Source: Leidyana gryllorum EB-2025a (lineage: Eukaryota > Protista > Apicomplexa). Taken from it: a stretch of DNA of 64,000 nt. Made by a program: the position numbers and the translations under genes. The notes below the pieces were generated by a model that saw nothing but the letters and a program-made list of their open reading frames with translations, searched no databases and was not told the origin of the DNA. This document shows, one piece after another, positions 21,871-32,977 of the stretch; the first letter of the stretch is position 1; the number at the start of each line of letters is the position of its first letter. The DNA lies in the NCBI GenBank assembly GCA_048772705.1, contig JBLWGC010000115.1, positions 1-64,000 of the forward strand, in the 5' to 3' direction.

Positions 21871-22569
21871 TCAGATGTTAACATTGTCCTCCTTGTAATT
21901 CTTATTCTTGAATTTCCCCACCAGACCAGACAGAGCGCTAGCACTAAGCCCAATGCCGCCGTTGTTCAGTCCAGAAGTAAGCTCCTTGCCCTCACCGAGC
22001 TTAGTCTTCACTTGGGGGACAGCTTTGGAGAGGTCGGTCGCATCCCCCAAGTCCATCTTTGGCGATTTCTGCGATCCTTCTCCCGCCTGATCTCCGAATG
22101 CTTGCGCGGATCGAGCGGGCTCCCGGCTCTTCTCGTCAGTTGACTGGGCTGCTGACGCCTGCCCTCTTTTCCCTGTTGTCGCCAGAAAGCTGACAGGCCT
22201 CCTATTGCCAGTAGCCGTGGGTGTGTGGTCCACTTCTTGAATCCGCGCGGAAGGCCCTCCGTAGTAAAAGGGCGATAATCCGGGTGAAAGCCCCCATCGA
22301 GGGAACGAAATTCGCTCATCCTCCAAGAAAGGAAATAAAGGATCGATAAACGGGGACAGCCTCTTGGCAAGCGAGAAATCCGGGAATGTGTTGATCCGTG
22401 TGTACCTGCTTTGACGGGCAAATGGCGGAGTGTAGACCGCTGGCAAACGAGACAGGATGGGAGTTCTAGTCATTCCATCCAACATGCGATAGGCGTATTC
22501 CAGGCACGGTACATTCCCACTGACTCCACACGACACTAGTCCAAGCAAGTAGATCGTACCGACTCGCAT
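21871..22569 (-). CDS. Secreted orphan, cluster gene 14
   Basis: MRVGTIYLLGLVSCGVSG signal peptide; EPARSAQ; terminal GLNNGGIG..LSGLV..NVNI module. Confidence 0.75.
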   Translation of the reverse strand: MRVGTIYLLGLVSCGVSGNVPCLEYAYRMLDGMTRTPILSRLPAVYTPPFARQSRYTRINTFPDFSLAKRLSPFIDPLFPFLEDERISFPRWGLSPGLSPFYYGGPSARIQEVDHTPTATGNRRPVSFLATTGKRGQASAAQSTDEKSREPARSAQAFGDQAGEGSQKSPKMDLGDATDLSKAVPQVKTKLGEGKELTSGLNNGGIGLSASALSGLVGKFKNKNYKEDNVNI

Positions 22570-22631
22570 AGTGCAAGACAGCAAACTGTTTTTCCGAACC
22601 GCACTCAGTCGTCACCGACCGGCCCAAAGAC

Positions 22632-23102
22632 ATGCTTTCCGCCAGACTTTTGATATGCTGCAACGTTGCCAACGTCCTGCTGGTCTATCACCAAGCAGAG
22701 GCTTTCCGGCACGGAGACGCCATATCGGTGTCTCCCAAGAGCACACATCTGACGAGTTCGCGTCGACGAGCAATCTTGCCTCCCATGCGAGGAACCGCAA
22801 GAGAAGCCACCGATGATGAGGGTTAGTAGTACTCGACAGATTGATAGTAATTTATATGCCGTGCAGCGGACTCGGATATGAGGAGCGGGGCCGATGTGGA
22901 AGAGGAAGGTGAAAAGGACGTCGTAAGTGATCTGAAGATCTGCCAAGATCGCCTGGAGTTCTTGGAAGAAATTGTCAATCTATTGGAGGCAGACGCAGCG
23001 AGGTGTCAAAGCCGTCTTCGTGAGCCTCTTTGGGAACATCATGACACAACCGAAGCCATCGACGAGATCTTGGGTGATGTCCCAACTGAAGATGAGGAAT
23101 GA
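22632..23102 (+). CDS. Probably secreted acidic coiled-coil orphan, cluster gene 15 (intron 22822-22866)
   Basis: 45-nt GT-AG intron joins the 22632 and 22878 ORFs in frame; hydrophobic N-terminus ending AEA. Confidence 0.6.
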
Positions 23103-23137
23103 CGGGGAAAAGGAAATCACGTCACGTCAAAGTTGTC

Positions 23138-24637
23138 ATGAGTTCTTCTCTACATCTCTGTGTGCTTGGGCTCGTGCTCGCAAGCCGGGCCAACGGCTAC
23201 TCAGCCCTCGATCATATCGTCAATGTCGGCTATCACTTGCGACATCGGCTAATCAGAGACCTCTACCGCACCGCTGATTACATCCACGACCACACCGTCA
23301 GGGCAGTGGGCGCACCAGCAGGATTGTATGACCACTTGCCGGGATCTCCATACTATGAGATGTTGACACCCGACTCCGGGCCTGTGTATGACGGAATCTT
23401 CAGTAAAGACTATCAGGGGTCCTCCGGGGAATACGACAGCGCGCAGGCATATGCTGACCGCGAGCCACCCGCCGTCGCCGCCGCTAATGTACTGCCAGCC
23501 GTTCCAGGTCAGCCACTGCCCGATTTCATGCGCGGCGATGCGATGGAGGCTGGTCCTGCCATGTGGCTCGGAGAAGGCGACATGTCAACATATGCACTGG
23601 GCGACGGGAGTTTCGGCTTGGAGGACGATACCCCCCCAGCCTGGTACTTCAGAGCAGAGGGTGACCAAATCAGAGAGCCACAAGATGGTCTATCGGCATT
23701 TGCAGAGATGACGAGTGGCTTCAGCGACTCTCTCCAAGGAGCTGGGGACTCTTACAGCCAGTCCGAGACACAAAGTGCTGAGACTGAGGAGTCAGTCAGC
23801 GAGAGCTACGAGCAGAGCTCAAGCTATGTCTCTTCGGACGCCGACCCCTTCTTTTTCGGCAGATCAAATCAGGACACCACCGTCACAGCGTCCGCGCTAC
23901 AGAGTCGCGGTGTGCAGCCACTGAGCAGTGGAGAGAAGCATCTCCAGACATTCCGGGGTGGATCTGCCTCCTCGGCCGTCCCTACCAGAAGAGCTGCGAC
24001 TGTCGGAGGGTCTCAGTCAACATATGACGCTTTTGAGACAGAAAGGTCGTCCACGTCAGTGAGCCGACTCGAGTCTCGATTGGCAAATCTTGAAGCCGAG
24101 TTGGCTTCTCGTGAAGGCGGCTGTCCATACAGCTTCAACTTGGGGGGCTCTCTGACCCCTTCGAGTCTTTTGGCCTTTGTCGACGACGACAACATGGAAG
24201 AGCAGCTCTTGGAGGACCGCACTCAGAGCGAAAGATTGGCCCTTTGGAAAGGGGCTGCCAAGATGCTCGCAACAATGTTCCGCGCTCAATTGGTCGACAG
24301 GGCAGCTCTCCGGCCTCAGGCGTTGAGCGCTACGCGGGCTCAGATGGGTGCTATTTCCACTTCCAGTGCTGAGGCGAGTGCAGCGGCTCAAACACAAGCA
24401 ACGGCCAGCGCAACTGCGGAATCTGGGGCGTCTTCCCAAACTATCAACCAGAACTTTTACCAGAATCCGACAGCTGCCTGGAATACCCCGGGCAGTGTTG
24501 CTGTCATACCAGTCCAACCCCCTCCACCGAAACACACAGGACTGATCAAGGCAGTGGCCGATGCAGCTGACCAGGCACTCACCGGTGTCGGCGAAGGCGT
24601 TAACACTTTGACAGACGGTTTGACACAAGCGCTGTGA
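23138..24637 (+). CDS. Secreted Ser/Ala/Tyr-rich orphan, cluster gene 16
   Basis: MSSSLHLCVLGLVLASRANG signal peptide; His/Tyr-rich N-terminus; short coiled coil. Confidence 0.75.
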   Translation: MSSSLHLCVLGLVLASRANGYSALDHIVNVGYHLRHRLIRDLYRTADYIHDHTVRAVGAPAGLYDHLPGSPYYEMLTPDSGPVYDGIFSKDYQGSSGEYDSAQAYADREPPAVAAANVLPAVPGQPLPDFMRGDAMEAGPAMWLGEGDMSTYALGDGSFGLEDDTPPAWYFRAEGDQIREPQDGLSAFAEMTSGFSDSLQGAGDSYSQSETQSAETEESVSESYEQSSSYVSSDADPFFFGRSNQDTTVTASALQSRGVQPLSSGEKHLQTFRGGSASSAVPTRRAATVGGSQSTYDAFETERSSTSVSRLESRLANLEAELASREGGCPYSFNLGGSLTPSSLLAFVDDDNMEEQLLEDRTQSERLALWKGAAKMLATMFRAQLVDRAALRPQALSATRAQMGAISTSSAEASAAAQTQATASATAESGASSQTINQNFYQNPTAAWNTPGSVAVIPVQPPPPKHTGLIKAVADAADQALTGVGEGVNTLTDGLTQAL

Positions 24638-24674
24638 GATTTTTCGTGTCCATACACCCGTTTTTTCCGGAACC

Positions 24675-25094
24675 ATGCGGCTATTGATTGGTTTACTTGC
24701 GATCACGTCGACATGTTTGGCAGCAACGCCACGGTTTCTTCAACCGCTACCGGCATTATCAGATCCCGGAAGCTTCATGCGTGAAGAAGTCACTCAGTTC
24801 AGCGAGCGCGTGGCTGCAGCCTCAGCTCGAGGAGCCGCCGAAGGTTTCACAGACCGAATGATGAAACAGCCCTCACCAATAGACGGAGTAGGGGGTGTGT
24901 TGCTCGGTCCATTGCATAACTTGGATAGAGGAACGCAAAGCTATACTGCTGACTCGGGGGGTGAATCTACTTTGGCTTGGGACATCAAAGCTTATCGTGA
25001 ATTAGCGAGACATTTTGCATCGACGCTAGCGAAGATCAAGCTCCATAACGACAGTCGGCTGGCTGCGGCGATGTCACATCTCGTAGGAAAGTAA
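24675..25094 (+). CDS. Small secreted orphan, cluster gene 17 (possible short paralogue of gene 16)
   Basis: MRLLIGLLAITSTCLA signal peptide; shares QPLP..FMR, GF(S/T)D and LAxxxxAxxxLAxxFxxxL with gene 16. Confidence 0.72.
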   Translation: MRLLIGLLAITSTCLAATPRFLQPLPALSDPGSFMREEVTQFSERVAAASARGAAEGFTDRMMKQPSPIDGVGGVLLGPLHNLDRGTQSYTADSGGESTLAWDIKAYRELARHFASTLAKIKLHNDSRLAAAMSHLVGK

Positions 25095-25133
25095 TCGACA
25101 CTGGTTTTTCTAGCGGCCGGAACATCAACTGCA

Positions 25134-25784
25134 ATGCGCGTACCGATTCTTGTCAGCTTATTTTATGTGTCAACAGCGACTGGTGATTGGTTCAAGAAGA
25201 AGAAGAACTACGGCTTCAGACCGCTATCGCTCTACGATGACTACGACTATGATGACGACTTCCGATCTCTTCGGCGGTCTCAACGGCCAATCATCATCGA
25301 AAGCCCATCGCAGCAGTATCCGCCCATCATAGTGCAACAACCAAACCCTAATGTCATGCCGTGTGGACAATGTCAGACGCCATGTGCAACCTGCAATCAA
25401 CAGCCCAGTACAACACCACCATGGATGTTCTATCCGCCGCCACACTACTATCCGCCTCAATACCCACCGTACTATCCTCCTCAGTATCCTCCTCAGTATC
25501 CTCCGCAGTACCCTCCACAATACCCTCCGCAATATCCGTCATACTCTTACGGGGGCCGCGGTACCGGCCACGGCGACGGCGGACTGCTGCCAAACTTGCT
25601 GGATACTTTGCTGGGCGACGGCAAGCACACTGATGGGAATCTCAGGCGGCTACCTGCTGTGGCAGGACCACCCGGTGCTCCAGGAGTGCCGCAAGGGACA
25701 GGTCATGGTGATGATGGCCTGGTGCCCAACCTCTTAGACGCTTTACTGGGCGACGGGAAACATACAGACGGCCGAATGAATTGA
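25134..25784 (+). CDS. Secreted Tyr/Pro-rich wall-like protein with (YPPQ)n and two GHGD-PNLLD repeats, cluster gene 18
   Basis: Signal peptide; CGQCQTPCATC; YPPQ tandem repeat; two 26-aa repeats. Confidence 0.8.
   Translation: MRVPILVSLFYVSTATGDWFKKKKNYGFRPLSLYDDYDYDDDFRSLRRSQRPIIIESPSQQYPPIIVQQPNPNVMPCGQCQTPCATCNQQPSTTPPWMFYPPPHYYPPQYPPYYPPQYPPQYPPQYPPQYPPQYPSYSYGGRGTGHGDGGLLPNLLDTLLGDGKHTDGNLRRLPAVAGPPGAPGVPQGTGHGDDGLVPNLLDALLGDGKHTDGRMN
25429..25517 (+). repeat. Coding 12-nt tandem repeat (YPPQ/YPPY)
   Basis: tatcctcctcag-type units repeated about 7 times. Confidence 0.85.
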
Positions 25785-25876
25785 GCGAACGTGTGTGAGA
25801 CACCGCGTATCCTCTTGCCTCTCTGTGCCCTTCAAAAATCGTGAACCTCAATTGTACTACTTAGATCTCGGTGTCA

Positions 25877-26359
25877 ATGATCCGCGCTCTGTTGTCTCTC
25901 GTGTACATGCTAACGAACATTCATGCTCATCATCCAGTCTATGGTGGATACTACCCCCATAAGCATCACTTGCGGCGAGCCTCGCTGCCGATGTACCCGT
26001 ATTCCATGGGTTATGGCATCCTTCCCCCGTCACCAATTCTTTCCTATGAACTGTCTGAGCTCACGTCTCCTTATTGGCCAATTCAGTCGGCTGGATACTA
26101 CCAAAGCGGTCTGCCTCTGTACGGTGCACCAAGTGCGTACCTGGCGCCATCTGCAGCGTCTCCAATACAGATTTTCCCCGGCGGAGTGCAGGTACTTGAC
26201 AGCCGACGATACCGAGGTTCGTCTGGAGGTCACCTGCGTCTCGCAGGTATCCGAACGGGTCACGGAGACGACGGAATAATCCCCAATCTCCTGGATGCCT
26301 TGTATGGGGACGGTCGATTTACGGACGGGAAGCTTATCCGCCTTACGTATGAAGATTGA
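25877..26359 (+). CDS. Secreted Tyr/His-rich protein with one GHGD-PNLLD repeat, cluster gene 19
   Basis: MIRALLSLVYMLTNIHA signal peptide; TGHGDDGIIPNLLDALYGDGRFTDG. Confidence 0.78.
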   Translation: MIRALLSLVYMLTNIHAHHPVYGGYYPHKHHLRRASLPMYPYSMGYGILPPSPILSYELSELTSPYWPIQSAGYYQSGLPLYGAPSAYLAPSAASPIQIFPGGVQVLDSRRYRGSSGGHLRLAGIRTGHGDDGIIPNLLDALYGDGRFTDGKLIRLTYED

Positions 26360-26492
26360 CAGAGGATTAAATAGTAGAAGACTCGATTGAAGATAGTTAG
26401 AGAACCGTAAAACGCCTGAAATGTGCATGTTGAGAAGTCAATCGGAAAACCAGTGTCAATTCACATACAATATTGAGTACATTGCAGAAAGC

Positions 26493-27947
26493 ATGCGTCC
26501 GCTTATATTAGCACTCGTCAGTGTTTTAGTCAGCGGAGATGTGTCCACTGACCCTCCTGCCGAGCGAATTGAAGTGGTTGATGAGGCCCCACTGTTTGGA
26601 GAGCCATCAACCCCCCGAAATGAAAGGGCACTAACGGAATTGGACATTGAAGAAGCTGTTGCCCGCCTTGAACAAATCATACCTTCAATGTCTCCTGAAC
26701 TTCTGAGAACAGTTATCAGACAAGAAGATGGGAGCCTCTCTCTTTCGCTGGTCCCACCGGCTCAACAAGTTGCGATAATCTCTGCTGCATTGGCATACGC
26801 GGTGGGAGATCAAGTTCCTGAAGTGGCACGTTCGACTCCGACGGCTGCCGCTCGTAGTGCCACAGAGATCACTATCCCTTTTTTACCTCTGGTTCCCCCA
26901 CGCATCCAGTTGCCGCAGGCTCTCGTCCAGCCGCGGGTTCCCAACTCACCTCCCGTGAGTAATGGTTGGGGTTTCCTTTCGGACGACTGGATGCAACAAT
27001 ATGTGGTACAGCCGCTGCAAGCAGCAGCTGCAGCGAATCCGCTGCTCAACTTCAATCCTGCGGCTCATCGCGGTCTCAAGCAGACATCAGAGCCCCCCCC
27101 CTCAGTGGGTGAGGCTCCGAAGGCTGAGGGCGGGAATATGTTGAGCGACGAGGTGCTGGCTGGTATGGAAATGAGTTCTGATTACTCAGATGAATTCAAG
27201 TGGTTTGTTAAAGAGGTAGCAAAAGCGCAAGGTGATATGGACAAATTGGTCGACGTCGTTCGGAAGTACTTTACTGAGGTGAAGCCTCCGCGACCTCGAC
27301 GACTCACGGCACAGTCGGACGGAACTTTTCAAGAGAACGTGAAGCTGAGCGCCAAATACTTGAAAGAGCAGCTTGGAAAGGACGCATTCCTGGCTCAGCC
27401 CATCCCTGAGGTCTATCTCAAAGCTTCGCGCACATTCCTTCGGGCGCTGCCTCAAGAGGTGCAGGATACTCTGATGGATAATCTCAAACGCCTCAGTCCT
27501 GCTCAGGACGATACAGCATTTATCAGGTACTTGTCGGAGTTCCCAATTGCTGAGACTGACCGATCTGCCACGCTCTTTTTGATAAGATTCCGCGAAGCAG
27601 TTCGGGCCAAGCCGTCTCCTCGTGCAGCGGCTCCGTCTTCTGTCAAGGAGCCGGCGTCTGAGACAGCTTCCGCGCCTCAGCAACGGGCTGAGGTCAGTAG
27701 TGACGGCTCAGCCGCAAAACGCACCGATACGACAGACAGCGCTTCCAGGTTCCTCCGAGGTTTCCTCTTGCCGAAAGATGCTCTGCCGTTGGCTGCTGAC
27801 TTGCCGCCGCCGCCGCCGCGTTCTCAGCTCCCAGCTTACGAAGATTTGGCGGGAACGGATCCGGTAGTCAAACAAATCGAAGACAACCTGAAGCACACTC
27901 TCAAACTCCCTCTTCAGTTTTTCGCTGATCTTCGCAATATTTGGTGA
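26493..27947 (+). CDS. Secreted largely helical orphan, cluster gene 20
   Basis: MRPLILALVSVLVSG signal peptide; ARST, ARSAT and RRLTAQ motifs. Confidence 0.75.
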   Translation: MRPLILALVSVLVSGDVSTDPPAERIEVVDEAPLFGEPSTPRNERALTELDIEEAVARLEQIIPSMSPELLRTVIRQEDGSLSLSLVPPAQQVAIISAALAYAVGDQVPEVARSTPTAAARSATEITIPFLPLVPPRIQLPQALVQPRVPNSPPVSNGWGFLSDDWMQQYVVQPLQAAAAANPLLNFNPAAHRGLKQTSEPPPSVGEAPKAEGGNMLSDEVLAGMEMSSDYSDEFKWFVKEVAKAQGDMDKLVDVVRKYFTEVKPPRPRRLTAQSDGTFQENVKLSAKYLKEQLGKDAFLAQPIPEVYLKASRTFLRALPQEVQDTLMDNLKRLSPAQDDTAFIRYLSEFPIAETDRSATLFLIRFREAVRAKPSPRAAAPSSVKEPASETASAPQQRAEVSSDGSAAKRTDTTDSASRFLRGFLLPKDALPLAADLPPPPPRSQLPAYEDLAGTDPVVKQIEDNLKHTLKLPLQFFADLRNIW

Positions 27948-32062
<4,115 letters not shown>

Positions 32063-32482
32063 AGCGAAAAAAAGTGGGCCCCGCACACTGCCGCCCGTAT
32101 GGAGAGGAGCTGTGTCGGCATCAAGGTGCTCGCCGATCTGGCACCCTCCGTACCTCACAAAGCCCACGAATCAATTACCCATTGAGAGGGGGGTTAGGAG
32201 GGTGTGAAAGCTGTTCGCAGGTTTGACCCGCATCGCAGGTGGGAGACGGCAAGTGTGGCTGATTACAACGAGGGTTGCCAAATGCGCTTTACCGCGTGTC
32301 AACTTTCATTCAGTGCACTAGCTGTATTTGTGTGGTCCCGTGATTCGCGCACGCGCCGCTGTCGATCAAGTGCACCAGTAGATTCGATGCACTGCTGCGC
32401 CGTAGCTGTAAGATCAAACATAGACCAGATTCACGCAACCGGGTTAGCTGTCATCTGGGACAACTGGGACGTGTTTTTGCCG

Positions 32483-32965
32483 ATGCTGGGTGCATTCCGT
32501 GTACTGTGGTGCTTGGCGACTGCCCTATGGTGGTGTGCTTGGAGCCGGTCATTACCCAATCCCGAAGTGGTTGAACCGCCCTTTGACCTGAAACTATTTC
32601 TGCTTCTGCAAGGAGGAACACCTTATGCAACGAAAGCTACTGTTGAGCACTTGAGCGCAATTGGGGTGGTGGACTTGGAGGATAGTATTGAAATAGGAAG
32701 AATACTGCGACGCAATAGTCGGCTTTTTGAACACTTCTTCGCTGTTAGCGAGGGACTCCGGTCGTTAGGCCCTCTGATCGTGCAGTCACGGGACATACAA
32801 CTACCTCTTTTGCACACACTCCGATACCTACATGCCATCATTGACCGGAATTTGCGTCACCATTTCATAGATTTTGCTTTGCCTTCATGGATTTCACGGG
32901 CGATGCATGAAGGAATCTTGAGCTCTTTGAATGCTACCATGACTGAAGTGACAACCCTCCAGTAA
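32483..32965 (+). CDS. Hypothetical protein, possible signal peptide
   Basis: ORF with hydrophobic start MLGAFRVLWCLATALWWCAWS. Confidence 0.45.
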   Translation: MLGAFRVLWCLATALWWCAWSRSLPNPEVVEPPFDLKLFLLLQGGTPYATKATVEHLSAIGVVDLEDSIEIGRILRRNSRLFEHFFAVSEGLRSLGPLIVQSRDIQLPLLHTLRYLHAIIDRNLRHHFIDFALPSWISRAMHEGILSSLNATMTEVTTLQ

Positions 32966-32977
32966 AAATGCATACAT

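Noticed and set aside
25640-27310. RRL (TEXEL-like) motifs in some secreted proteins
   Set aside because: A three-residue motif at variable positions is too frequent by chance to call export signals
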